A stretch of DNA of 64,000 bases from assembly GCF_963921235.1 (NCBI RefSeq), contig NC_086097.1, positions 253,272,001 to 253,336,000 of the forward strand. The letters are read 5' to 3'. Below are positions 24,401 through 36,392 of this stretch, piece by piece (the stretch's first letter is position 1; every line of letters starts with the position of its first letter). The position numbers and the translations under genes are program-made. The stretch is from Mobula hypostoma. Its lineage: Eukaryota. Below the pieces are notes generated by a model, which made no database searches, was not told the DNA's origin, and saw nothing but the letters and a program-made list of their open reading frames with translations.

Positions 24401-26277
24401 TCACCCATTAACCGACCCCACAAATCCCCAATCACCACTACTTTATCATTTCCGGTCAGAGTCACCTTGTTTCCCCCGGGATCAATAAAGTCTGACTATG
24501 ACTATGTACAGACACTCCTGTGCCGAGCGTCACATTATGGAGATATAATCAATCTATGTAAATAAGCTATCTTAATGTATTTATATTTATTCTGTATTTT
24601 ATAATTATGTTCTTTATATCATTGTGTTTTTTTTGTGCTGCATCGGATCTGGAGTAACAATTATTTCGATCTCCTTTACACTTGTGTACTGGAAATGACA
24701 GCAATCAATCTTGAATCTTGAACCTTGGATAATTTTTTAGCGCAGTACGTGGTTGTGAGGTGTTACGACTTTATTTGCTGGAGCGTAGGAGATTTAGATG
24801 AGATTTAATAGAGGGATACGAAATAATGAGGGGTATAGACAGAGTAAATGCAAGCAGTTGGGTGAGACTAGAACTCGAGGTCATGGGTTAAGGGGAACAT
24901 TAGGGGGAACTTCTTCACTGAGAGGGAGGTGAGCGTGCAGAATGAGCGGCCGGCACAAGTGGTGGATGTGGGTCCGCATACAACGTTTGACAGAAGTTTG
25001 GACAGGTACATTGACCGGAGGGGTACGGGGGGGGGGGGGTTTGGTGGGCTGCAGGTCGATGGGACGAGGCAGAATAATCGGCACCGACTAGATGGGCCCA
25101 AGGGCCTGTTTCTGTGCTGTCGTCTCCTATCCTACTATCGCAGATGTTTATTCGATGTTTATGGCGCAGTTCTTTGGCGAATACAATGTCTTGTTTCTGT
25201 GCTGTTGTGTCCTATTCCACTATCGCGGATGTTTATTCAATGTAGATGGCGCAGTTCTTTGGCGAATACAATGTCTTGTTTCGCAGCTGGCAGCTGGATT
25301 TACTTGGAGCAGAGACGTCTCTAATAAAATGTGTAGAACTGAAGGAATTATTATTGATAGCGCACTTGTGTGTTATACTGGGGAATTGCCTGAGAGACTG
25401 CTTTCCAGAAAGGAATCAGCCTATACCCACACAGGCCGAATGCTGCCAATTTTAGCAGATTTGAAACAGATGACCGATTCTCGCTCTTGTCTCTAATGTA
25501 TACACTTTGATTGGGAATGTATTTTAATAATCTGCTCGCTCACGAGTTGATCCGCGCCTGAGCGTCGGTCGTGTTATTTTTACAACACTGACTTTATTTT
25601 TAAACGAAACGATGAACTCAAAATGCTGGAGACACTCAACAGGTCAGGCAGCGTCCACGGAAATGAATAAACTTCGATCTTTCAGGGCCTGAAGAAGGCG
25701 TCATGATGAAGGATATCAGCCCGAAACATCAGCAATTTATTCCCGTTCATAGATGCCGCCTGACCTGAGCTCGTCCAGCATTGTGAGTGTGTTGCTCTGG
25801 ACTTCCAACATCTGCAGAATCTCCTGTGCTTATTTTTTTTACAAACTATCTTTAGGGGAGATCTGACAGAGGTTACCTGGATTAGAATGGTATGTACTAT
25901 AATGAGAGGTTGCAGAAACTTGGGACGTTTTCTGTAGAACGGTAGAGACTGAGGGGAGATCTGATAGAGATTTATAACATTATGAGAGGCATAGATAGAG
26001 GAGACAGACGGGGTTGAAATGGTTAATACCAGAAGGCATGCATTGAAGGTGAGAGGGGGTAATTTCAAAGGAGATGTGAGGGGCAAGTTTTTCACACAGA
26101 GTGGTGGGTGCCTGGAATGCACTGCCTGGGGTGGTAGTAGAGGCAGATACATTGGGGACTTTTAAGAGACGTTTAGATAGGTTCATGACTATGAAGGAAA
26201 TGGAAGGATATGGACATTGTGTAGGCAGAAGGGATTCGTTTAGTTGGCAATTTGATTGCTAATTTAATTGTTTTGGC

Positions 26278-26832
26278 AAGCAAGAGAAAATCTGCAGATG
26301 CTGGAAATAGTATTTCAGGATGTGTATTGTATACATTCCTCTGACATTAAATGTACCTTTGAAACCTTTGAATCCAGAGCAACACACACACAAAATGCGG
26401 GAGGAGCTGCGCAGCCCGGGCAGCATCTACGGGGAGAAGTAAACAGTCGACGTTTCGGGTAGAGACCCTTCTTCAGGACCGGAAAGGAGGGGGAGAAGTC
26501 AGAGTGAGAATGAAGGGGCAGGGGAGGAAGGTGTACAAGTTGAAGGGTACGTGAATCCGGGGAGGGGCAGGAGTGAAGTAAAAAGCTGCGAAGTTGATTT
26601 TTGAAAGAGAACAAAGGGGGAGTCTGATAGGAGAAGATAGAAGGCCATGGAAGAAAGGGAAGGAGGGGTAGTACCACGGGGAGGTGATGGGCAGGTCAGG
26701 AGATAAGGTGAAAGAAGGAAACGGGAATGCGGAACGGTGAAGGAGAAGGGGGGCAATTACTGGAAGTTAGAGAAGTCAATGTTCATGCCATCAGGTTGAA
26801 GTCTACCCAGACGGAATATAAGGTGTTGCTCC
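26278..26832 (-). mobile_element. Penelope-like element 3' end (ORF C-terminus, 3' UTR, hammerhead, terminal tail)
   Basis: EQHLIFRLGRLQPDGMNIDFSNFQ* resembles the C-terminus of Penelope GIY-YIG domains; followed by a pyrimidine-rich UTR, the hammerhead motif and the family end ccagcatctgcagattttctcttg. Confidence 0.8.
26444..26481 (-). ncRNA. Minimal type I hammerhead ribozyme motif, intact core
   Basis: CGGUC-CUGAAGA-A-GGGU(CUCU)ACCC-GAAAC-GUC^GACUG: stem I CGGUC/GACUG, perfect 4-bp stem II, GUC cleavage triplet. Confidence 0.8.
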
Positions 26833-27189
26833 CCGGGCAGGGCCCCCAACTGCCTGTTGCCTGGGCCGTGATTGGCCAGGCCCAGCAGGAGATCCTCCTC
26901 CGGGCTCATACCCCGCCGTAATGGGTGACCCCATACGAGGAGCGCGGGGCTGAAATCCAACCAGAACTTAAGAGCAGCCCCCTCAAATATTCAAGCAGGG
27001 GTTGCAACCTCACACTCCACCCCGCCACAAAAAGAACAGATGGATGGCGTGTCAGTGAACCGGCCTAACCATTGTGAAATTGCGTTTCAAAGACTGGCGC
27101 AAAAGGAGTTTTTTCTTTTATCATGCTCCAGTTCCGTACTTTTTCAACATGATTTAAACTGAGTGCTCACTTCAAATGCAACAAACACT

Positions 27190-27845
27190 TACGTAGAAGG
27201 CAAATGCGATGTTAGCATTCCTTTCGAGAGGACCAGAATATAAACTCAAGGACATATACTGAGGCTACATAAGCCATTGGTCAGACTACACCTGGAGTAT
27301 TGTGAGAGTTTTGGGTCCCTTATCTGAAAAGAAAAATGCGCTGGCATTGAAGAGGGCCCAGGGAAGGTTCAAGAGAACGATCCCGGGAAAGCAATGGTTA
27401 ACATAGGAGGAGCGTTTGATGGCACTGGGTCTGTACTTGCTGGAATTTAAAGGAATGAGTGGGAGCTCATTGAAACCTATCGAATATTGAAAGGCCGAGA
27501 CAGAGTGAGGGGAGTCTAGGACCACAGGAAACATCCTCAGAGTGGAGGGTTGTCCATTTAGATCGGAGATAAGGATGAATTTGTTTAGCCAGAGGGTGGT
27601 GAATCTGTGGAATTCATTGCCACAGACGGCTGTGGAAACCAAGTCATTAGGTATATTTAAAGCGGAGCTTGCTAAGACCGTAATATATGGTCTCAAACCC
27701 TTTCATTTCTCCTACCAAAGTGCGTGAATTTAAATGATAGGTTCTTGATTAGTCAGGGCATCAAAGGTAACGGCGAGATGGCAGGAGAATGGGGTTGAGC
27801 GGGATAATGAATTAGCCATGATGGAATAACGGAGCGAATGGTTTT
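27190..27845 (+). mobile_element. CR1 3' fragment
   Basis: QRVVNLWNSLPQ remnant and 3' UTR. Confidence 0.8.
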
Positions 27846-28167
27846 ATGGCCGTCTTCCCAAATGCAACAAAATTATACATGTCATTTACAAAGTATCTGT
27901 GGCGAGGAGGGCAAATGGTTCTATTCCCGGGTGTTGGATCTCGTGGGGTCAATTTGCGCCCGTCTGATTTCCCTCTTCGCCGCTCTCCCCCTCCCTGAAG
28001 GACTTCCCGTCCCATGGACAGGCTGCGCCGTGTGATGTGTGCGGCCAGCCCGTCAAGGTGCATCAATTAGCTGAAGAAGATAGTCCAGCTCTGCGAGTCC
28101 GGTTCAATCCGTCCCTGCAGCATATCGGTAACGGAAATGAAACAAAGAAGAGAATAGAGTCTTGGCA

Positions 28168-28545
28168 GTCATCATTCTCATTATGTGCCGTGTCGAATGA
28201 CGTGGGCGATCATGGTCTCAGGACCATGCCTGCACTTGGCAATTTTTTTCTACAGAAGTGGTTTGCCATTGCCTTCATCTGGGCAGTGTCTATACAAGAC
28301 AGGTGACACCAGCCATTATCAATATTCTTCAGAGATTGCCTGCCTAGCGTCGGTGGTCGCATAACCAGGATTTGTGATCTGCACCGGATGCTCATACGAC
28401 CACCCACCGCCTGCTCCCGTGACCACGTGACCCTGCTCAGGGGGCTAAGCAGGTGCTACACCTTGTCCAACGGTGACCTGCAGGCTAGCGGAGGGAAGGC
28501 GTGACTAACACCTCCATTGGTAGGGACGTGTCTCCACCTGGGCAC
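28168..28545 (-). mobile_element. SINE-like element with RTE (BovB/Bov-A-like) 3' motif
   Basis: Minus strand reads gaaggcaatggcaaaccacttctgtag; second copy at 15255-15615. Confidence 0.6.
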
Positions 28546-28634
28546 CCGCTTGGCAGATACACACATGTCCATATTCACACTGGTCGGGCATAGTTTTGTA
28601 CGCTAAAGACATAAATTCGAAATAAAGAATAATT

Positions 28635-29535
28635 CCTATGTTAGGTGAGGCTTCATCAGTGCTTTATAATTTAGCAACAATACATCCTTGCTTTTATACT
28701 CTAGTCCTCTTGAAATGAATGCTAACATTGCATTTGTCTTGCTCACCACAGACTCAACCTGCAAATGAACCTTTAATGAATCCTGCACAAGGGCTCCCAA
28801 ATCCCTTTGCAACTCAGTGTTTTTTTTGTATTTTCTCTCCATTTAGAAAATAGTCGACCTTTTCATTTCTTCTACCAAAGTGCTTGACCGTGTACTTCCC
28901 GACTCTGCATTCCATCTGCCATTTCCTTGCTCACTCTCCTAATCTAAGTTTTCTCTACTTCCTCAAAACTACCTACCGCTCCACCTATCTTCATATCGTC
29001 TGCAACCATCGCAACAAAGCCATCAATTCCATCACCCAAATCATTGATAGATAACGTAAAAGATTCGATCCCAACACAGACTCCTATGGAACACCACTAG
29101 TCACTGATAGCCAGACAGAAAAGGCTCCCTTTATTTCCACTCTTTGCCTCCTGCCATCAGCCACTGCTTTACCCATGCTAGAATCTTCCCTGGGCTCGTA
29201 GCTTGTTAAGCAGTCTCATGCGTGGCACCTTGTCAAAGGCCTTCTGAAAATCCAAGTACACAACATCAACCGATTCTCCTGCTTGTTATTTCTTCAAAGA
29301 ATTCCAACAGACTTGTCAGGCAAGATCCTCCCTTGAGGAAACCATGCTGAATCCGGCGTGTTTTATCCTGTGCCTCCACATATCCCGAAACCACATAACC
29401 TAAAAATCGACTCCAACATCTTCCCAACCACTGAGGTCAAACTAACTGGCCTATAGTTTCCTTTCTTCTGCCTCTCTCCCTTCTTGAAGAGTGGAACGAC
29501 ATTTGCAATTCTCCAGTCTTCCAGAGCCATTCCGG
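28635..29535 (-). mobile_element. CR1 RT-region fragment, degraded
   Basis: Reverse strand shows remnants of YLDFQKAFDKVP, SGVP and MLAFISRGLEYKSKDV. Confidence 0.8.
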
Positions 29536-31709
29536 AACCTTTCGCGCTCCCTCCCTCTCAACTACACAGTGATGTTTATCTTCCCATGAGATTCGGGAAG
29601 ATTAGTTGGTCGTTGGTAAATACATGGAAACAAACGAGAGTATTTACGCAGAATAAACCAAGTAGGCGGGTTAGAATCAGATTCAGGGTTTAAAGTTCCA
29701 AGTTCAAAGTAAGTTTACCATTGAAATACGTATATGCCACGTATACAACCCTGAGACTCATTTTCTTGCGGGCATTCACAGTAAGTGCAAGGAAACACAA
29801 TGAAAGACTGCACACAAACAAAAGTGCACAAACGACCAATGTGCAAAAGACAACAAACTAATAACACAAAAAAGAAAAAAAAAACAAAGTAATAATAAAT
29901 AAATAATAAATATCGAGATTATGAATTGTAGAGTCCTTGAAAGTGACTCAATTCAGTGTTGAAGTGAGTGAATTTTTATTCACACTGGTTCATGAGTCTT
30001 ATTGGTTGAGGAGTAATAACTGTTCATGAACTTGGCGGTGTGAGTCCAGAGGCTCCTCCACCTCCTTCCTGATGGCAGCAGCGAGAAGACAGCATGTCCT
30101 GGATAGCGGGAATCCCCAGTAACAGACGCTGCTTTCCTGCGACCTAAAGGAAAGACATACGGCGAACTTCCCTGAACTCACGGAAAATCTGGCGAATACA
30201 GTCAAGATGTGCATGCAGATCTAAGCGCGATGATGAATCCTAATTACTGATTCGATGCAGCTAAATTCGGTTCGGTGAGCCGTTTGTCGCCCGCACCTTT
30301 AATGCCCACGCCGGTATTAAAGATCAGCAAACCAGTGACAGACAGCGCGCTTCATGAAGTGATCTGAGGATCGTAACTCCTTGTTAGCAAAAGAGCACTG
30401 TGCAGATCAACAAATGATCATGAAAGCTATCACCGCTTACTCAAGATTCATGATTGTTTAATGTCATTTCCAGTACACACGTGTAAAGGAGATATGGGTA
30501 GAGCTGCGTAACACTAAGGGGCAGAAGACGCTGGTGGGAGTTGTGTACAGGCCACCTAACAGTAGTAGTGAGGTCGGAGATGGTATTAAACAGGAAATTA
30601 GAAATGTGTGCAATAAAGGAAAAGCAGTTATAATGGGTGACTTCAATCTACATGTAGATTGGGTGAACCAAATTGGTAAAGGTGCTGAGGAAGAGGATTT
30701 CTTGGAATGTATGCGGGATGGTTTTTTGAACCAACATGTCGAGGAACCAACTAGAGAGCAGGCTATTCTGGACTGGATTTTGAGCAATGAGGAAGGGTTA
30801 ATTAGCAATCTTGTCGTGAGAGGCCCCTTGGGTAAGAGTGACCATAATATGGTGGAATTCTTCATTAAGATGGAGAGTGACATAGTTAATTCAGAAACAA
30901 AGGTTCTGAGCTTAAACAGGGGTAACTTTGAAGGTATGAGACGTGAAATAGCTAAGATAGACTGGCAAATGACACTTAAAGGATTGACGGTGGATATGCA
31001 ATGGCAAGCATTTAAAGGTTGCATGGATGAACTACAACAATTGTTCGTCCCAGTTTGGCAAAAGAATAAATCAAGGAAGGTAGTGCACCCGTGGCTGACA
31101 AGAGAAATTAGGGATAGTATCAATTCCAAAGAAGAAGCATACAAATTAGCCAGAGAAAGTGGCTCACCTGAGGACTGGGAGAAATTCAGAGTTCAGCAGA
31201 GGAGGACAAAGGGCTTAATTAGGAAGGGGAAAAAAGATTATGACAGAAAACTAGCAGGGAACATAAAAACTGACTGTAAAAGCTTTTATAGATATGTAAA
31301 AAGGAAAAGACTGGTAAAGACAAATGTAGGTCCCCTACAGACAGAAACAGGTGAATTGATTATGGGGAGCAAGGACATGGCAGACCAATTGAATAATTAC
31401 TTTGGTTCTGTCTTCACTAAGGAGGACATAAATAATCTTCCAGAAATAGTAGGGGACAGAGGGTCCAGTGAGATGGAGGAACTGAGCGAAATACATGTTA
31501 GTAGGGAAGTGGTGTTAGGTAAATTGAAGGGATTGAAGGCAGATAAATCCCCAGGGTCAGATGGTCTGCATCCTAGAGTGCTTAAGGAAGTAGCCCAAGA
31601 AATAGTGGATGCAAACAACAGGAATTCTGCAGATGCTGGAAATTCAAGCAACATACATCAAAGTTGCTGGTGAACGCAGCAGGCCAAGCAGCATCTATAG
31701 GAAGAGGCG

Positions 31710-31747
31710 CAGTCGACATTTCAGGCCGAGACCCTTCGTCAGGACTA
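31710..31747 (-). ncRNA. Hammerhead motif (GAAAU variant)
   Basis: UAGUC-CUGACGA-A-GGGU(CUCG)GCCU-GAAAU-GUC^GACUG. Confidence 0.65.
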
Positions 31748-31752
31748 ACTGT

Positions 31753-31790
31753 TAGTCCTGACGAAGGGTCTCGGCCTGAAATGTTGACTG
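31753..31790 (+). ncRNA. Hammerhead motif (GAAAU, GUU variant)
   Basis: UAGUC-CUGACGA-A-GGGU(CUCG)GCCU-GAAAU-GUU^GACUG. Confidence 0.6.
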
Positions 31791-33859
31791 CGCCTCTTCC
31801 TATAGATGCTGCTTGGCCTGCTGCGTTCAGCAGCAACTTTGATGTAAATAGTGGATGCATTAGTGATAATTTTTCAAAACTCGTTAGATTCTGGACTAGT
31901 TCCTGAGGATTGGAGGGTGGCTAATGTAACCCCACTTTTTAAAAAAGGAGGGAGAGAGAAACCGGGGAATTATAGACTGGTTAGCCTAACGTCGGTGGTG
32001 GGGAAACTGCTGGAGTCAGTTATCAAGGATGTGATAACAGCACATTTGGAAAGCAGTGAAATCATCGGACAAAGTCAGCATGGATTTGTGAAAGGAAAAT
32101 CATGTCTGACGAATCTCATAGAATTTTTTGAGGATGTAACCAGTAGAGTGGATAGGGGAGAACCAGTGGATGTGGTATATTTGGATTTTCAAAAGGCTTT
32201 TGACAAGGTCCCACACGGGAGATTAGTGTACAAACTTAAAGCACACGGTATTGGGGGTAGGGTATTGATGTGGATGGAGAATTGGTTAGCAGACAGGAAG
32301 CAAAGAGTGGGAATAAACGGGACCTTTTCAGAATGGCAGGCGGTGACTAGTGGGGTACCGCAAGCCTCAGTGCTGGGACCCCAGTTGTTTACAATATGTA
32401 TTAATGACTTGGATGAGGGAATTAAATGCAGCATCTCCAAGTTTGCGGATGACACGAAGCTGGGTGGCAGTGTTAGCTGTGAGGAGGATGCTAAGAGGAT
32501 GCAGAGTGACTTGGATAGGTTGGGTGAGTGGGCAAATTCATGGCAGATGCAATTTAATGTGGATAAATGTGAAGTTATCCACTTTGGTGGCAAAAATAGG
32601 AAAACAGATTATTATCTGAATGGTGGCCGATTAGGAAAAGGGGAGGTGCAACGAGACCTGGGTGTCATTATACACCAGTCATTGAAAGTGGGTATGCAGG
32701 TACAGCAGGTGGTGAAAAAGGCGAATTGTATGCTGGCATTTATAGTGAGAGGATTTGAGTACAGGAGCAGGGAGGTACTACTGCAGTTGTACAAGGCCTT
32801 GGTGAGACCACACCTGGAGTATTGTGTGCAGTTTTCGTCCCCTAATCTGAGGAAAGACATCCTTGCCATAGAGGGAGTACAAAGAAGGTTCACCAGATTG
32901 ATTCCTGGGATGGCAGGACTTTCATATGAAGAAAGACTGGATGAACTGGGCTTTTACTCGTTGGAATTTAGAAGATTGAGGGTTGATCTGATTGAAACGT
33001 ATAAAATCCTAAAGGGATTGGACAGGCTAGATGCAGGAGGATTGTTCCCAATGTTGGGGAAGTCCAGAACGAGGGGTCACAGTTTGAGGATAAAGGGGAA
33101 GCCTTTTAGGACCGAGATTAGGAAAAACTTCTTCACACAGAGAGTGGTGAATCTGTGGAATTCTCTGCCACAGGAAACAGTTGAGACCAGTTCATTGGCT
33201 ATATTTAAGAGGGGGTTAGATGTGGCCCTTGTGGCTACGGGAATCAGGGGGTATGGAGGGAAGGCTGGGGCGGGATTCTGAGTTGGATGATCAGCCATGA
33301 TCATAATAAATGGCGGTGCAGGCTCGAAGGGCCGAATGGCCTACTCCTTCACCTATTTTCTATGTTTCTATGAAATAACTGTTACTCCGGATCCGATGTA
33401 GCCCCAAAAACAAACTCAACAAGATACGGAACACAACTATAATAATAAGAGCACGATAAATATAAATACATAAGATATCTACTGTATATACACAGACTGA
33501 TTGTCTGTCCATAAAGTGACGCTATGCACAGGAGTGCCTGTACATTAGGTGCCTGACAGGAAATAATAAAGTACTGGTGGGGGTTCCCTCAATATGTTTT
33601 AGGTACATTGGACTTTAATGAAGCACTCTGTGTATAGACGTTCAAATTAAACGTATTACCAAAGTCCCTGCGTGCTATCATATACAACGCCAAGCAACAC
33701 CCGCAGAATGCTGGAGGAATCAGCAGGCCCTGCTGAAGGGTCTCGGTCTGAAACGTCAGCTGTACTCCTTTCCCTAGATGTTTCCTGGCCTGCTGAGAAA
33801 TAGTTCATCAAAGTTGCAGGTGAACGCAGCAGGCCAGGCAGCATCTCTAGGAAGAGGTA

Positions 33860-33897
33860 CAGTCGACGTTTCAGGCCGAGACCCTTCGTCAGGACTA
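33860..33897 (-). ncRNA. Hammerhead motif, intact core
   Basis: UAGUC-CUGACGA-A-GGGU(CUCG)GCCU-GAAAC-GUC^GACUG. Confidence 0.75.
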
Positions 33898-33935
33898 ACT
33901 GAACTTTCAAATCTCTTACTAACTCTTCCTTCAGT

Positions 33936-33973
33936 TAGTCCTGACGAAGGGTCTCGGCGTGAAACGTCGACTG
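33936..33973 (+). ncRNA. Hammerhead motif, one stem II mismatch
   Basis: UAGUC-CUGACGA-A-GGGU(CUCG)GCGU-GAAAC-GUC^GACUG. Confidence 0.6.
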
Positions 33974-34682
33974 TACCTCTTCCTAGAGATGCTACCTGGC
34001 CTGCTGCGTTCACCAGCAACTTTGATGTGCGTTGCTCGAATTTCCAGCATCTGCAGAATTCCTGTTGTTTGAGAAATAGTTCTCTTGTTTGTGACTGAAT
34101 ATACAACCCCAATATTCATCTCCTTGCAGGCATTCACAGGAAAATAAAGGAATACAATAGAACCGATGAACGCCTATACACAAACAAAACTGACAAAAAA
34201 AACAATGTGCAAAGGAAGACATATCGTGCAAATATTTATTTTTAAAGCAAATGAATAATACTGAGAACATGAGTTGCAGATTCGTTGAAAATGAGTCTGT
34301 AGATGGCGGAATCAGTCCTGTGTGCACAGAGGTATTCAATAGAGTGTACAACAATGGGCTTCATAGTTCAGAAATGATGATAATCTTCCTGGCGAGGTTT
34401 GAGAGAAATTTGACGAGACAAATACCTGAAACTACTAGAGAAATCCCTTCTCTCTGCTGTCATCGGGAGGAAGGGACAGGAGCCGCAGAACCCACACTGC
34501 CAGGTTCAGGGACAGTTACTACCCCTCACCCATCAGACTCCTCTACCAGAGGGTTTAACTGCACTCAAATTCACTCACCTCGACGCTGAACTGTTCCCAC
34601 AACCTACGGACTCACTTTCAAGGACTCTGCGTCTCACGTTCTCAACATTTGTTGTTTATTTACTGTTATTATTTGTATTTGT

Positions 34683-35480
34683 TCAGCTCAAGCTTGTAAA
34701 ACCTGAGGTACGGACATAGCCAAGCATTCTCATTTCTTAATAGCTAGGAACTTTCAGACTATTCTAATGGTAGGGTGTCTTTCTGAAGATTTACATAGAT
34801 ATTGCTGTGTAGGGCTAATTGTTTAATGCTGTTGTGTAGTGACTTTGGGATGACGCCAGTTGTTGATATTACTATCGGGATAATGTACACCTTGTTCATG
34901 TTCCAAATTCTTTCAATTTCCTCTTTTAATTCAGCGTATTTCTGGTGTCTTTCACTTATTTTCTGTAAGTTTGGTGTGTTTGGAATGGCTCTATCTTTTA
35001 AATAAGTTGTCCTTGCTTGTTTATCCTGTATTATTATATCCGGACTGTGATTATGGATTGTCCTATCTGTAATAACGGATCTGGAAGAATATAATGCGTT
35101 GGAATCTGACTCTAATACTGCATCATAAATACAAGCTATGGTATTTTTATGAGTTTGTATTTTAAAACAAAATGTTGATGAATGATGTTGTCGCTTGATT
35201 GTGCCTGTAAAAGTAATCAGATTGAGTTAATACGTTGGATTGCTTCTGGTTTCTCTTGGCATCTTCTGCACAAATCGTCTTGAATTTGTTGGTCTTTGAT
35301 TATGTATATTTGACCTTTTTTTCTGTGCGTTAACCACGTGGTTCTGTATTGCCACAAGGAATCCTCTGTTTCTTGGAAGAGGTCTCCAACTCCGAGCCAA
35401 GCTTTCTTGTCGATATCCAGTCTGCTGAATCATGGGGATGTCTTCCATGCAGGCTCATGCTCTTCCATTGGCTAACTTTT
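34683..35480 (-). mobile_element. R4/Dong (Rex6-like) restriction-like-endonuclease non-LTR retrotransposon, 3' fragment
   Basis: Reverse strand encodes ETEGFLVAIQ-like, CRRCQEKPE (CCHC remnant), HNHSPDIII and KYAELKEEIERIWNMNKVYIIPIVISTTG. Confidence 0.75.
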
Positions 35481-36326
35481 ATTTCTTCATATTTAATATA
35501 ATTAATTTTCTTTCTTTTTGTATTTGTTAACTTTTACACATTGGTTGTTTGTCCATCCTGTTGGGTGGCGGTCTTTCATTGATTCTATAGTGTTTCTTCT
35601 ATTTACTATGAATGCCCTCAAAAAATGAATCTCAGGGTTGCACATGCTGACAATAATGTACTTTGATAATAAATTTACTTTGAACTTTTGAAACGGGCGG
35701 GCTGCCTGATGAGGGAAGTTCGGGCGGGTAAGGCTTGCATCTGTTGACTGTCTCGGTTGGAACAGATAAGATGCCGCCAGGTCTTGGCCGATGGTTGTTG
35801 AGAGCAAGTGTCCCCTGGTAGGAGAGTCTAGAATTAGAGTCACTGCATAAAAGTAAGGAAGCGCATATTTAAGACAGGGATGAGTTTTTACCCCGTAGCA
35901 GTGAGTTTTTGAAAGTTCTTGCCCTTTTTCAGTGGGCAGTGGAAACGGATTTTAAATATTTTTAAGACAAAGGTCGGAAGATTATTGATATTAAGAGCTG
36001 AAATTTTCTGCCCAGGTTATGATCAGATTAGCTATAAACTGCGGTACATGCTTGAGGAACTGAATACATTTGTAAACTCAGCCAGCTCCGTTTGGACACT
36101 AGCCTCATCGCCATTAAGGACATCTTCAAAGCGCATAGCATCAAAATGGCGGCATCAGTCATTACGGACCCCATCAGCCAGAACATATCTTCACTTCTTC
36201 TCATTGCTACCATTAGGAAGCCTGAAGACACGTACTTAATGTTTCAGAAACAGCTTTTCCCTTCTGCCATTCGATTTCTGAATAGACATTGAACCCATGA
36301 GCACTACGCTATTATATTTTTTGCAC

Positions 36327-36392
36327 CAGTTTACAAAAGTCTCAGGCATATATAGAGCTAAACTGCCTAAGATTTTTTGCAGAGTACCGTAG
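36327..36392. mobile_element. Miniature inverted repeat resembling Tc1/mariner terminal repeats
   Basis: caaaagtctcaggca ... tgcctaagattttttgc imperfect palindrome; related half at about 22352-22383. Confidence 0.35.

Larger units (their letters stand above)
31614..31845 (-). mobile_element. Penelope-derived 232-bp inverted-repeat insert with two hammerhead motifs and a 14-bp TSD
   Basis: Near-perfect palindrome centred on 31750; aaatagtggatgca at 31600-31613 and 31846-31859; unpaired tail of about 40 bp on the left. Confidence 0.9.
30492..33372 (+). mobile_element. Young 5'-truncated CR1 LINE with an otherwise open ORF2, interrupted only by a Penelope hairpin
   Basis: ORFs 30534-31673 and 31851-33281 join in frame (EIVDALVIIF) after removing the insert and one TSD; APE, RT (KFADD) and C-terminal motifs present; ttctatgtttctatg tail. 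Confidence 0.95.
33807..34069 (+). mobile_element. Penelope-derived 263-bp inverted-repeat insert with two hammerhead motifs and a 13-bp TSD
   Basis: Arms 33807-33903 and 33930-34026, 26-nt spacer, tail to 34069; tgagaaatagttc at 33794-33806 and 34070-34082. Confidence 0.9.

Noticed and set aside
31614..31845. Classical DNA-transposon MITE or microRNA hairpin
   Set aside because: Asymmetric ends with an unpaired tail, variable 13-14 bp TSDs and homology to the 3' end of a Penelope fragment point to retrotransposition.
31600..34082. Shared aaatagt in both TSDs as a target motif
   Set aside because: It lies in opposite orientation relative to the two inserts and n=2; probably chance.
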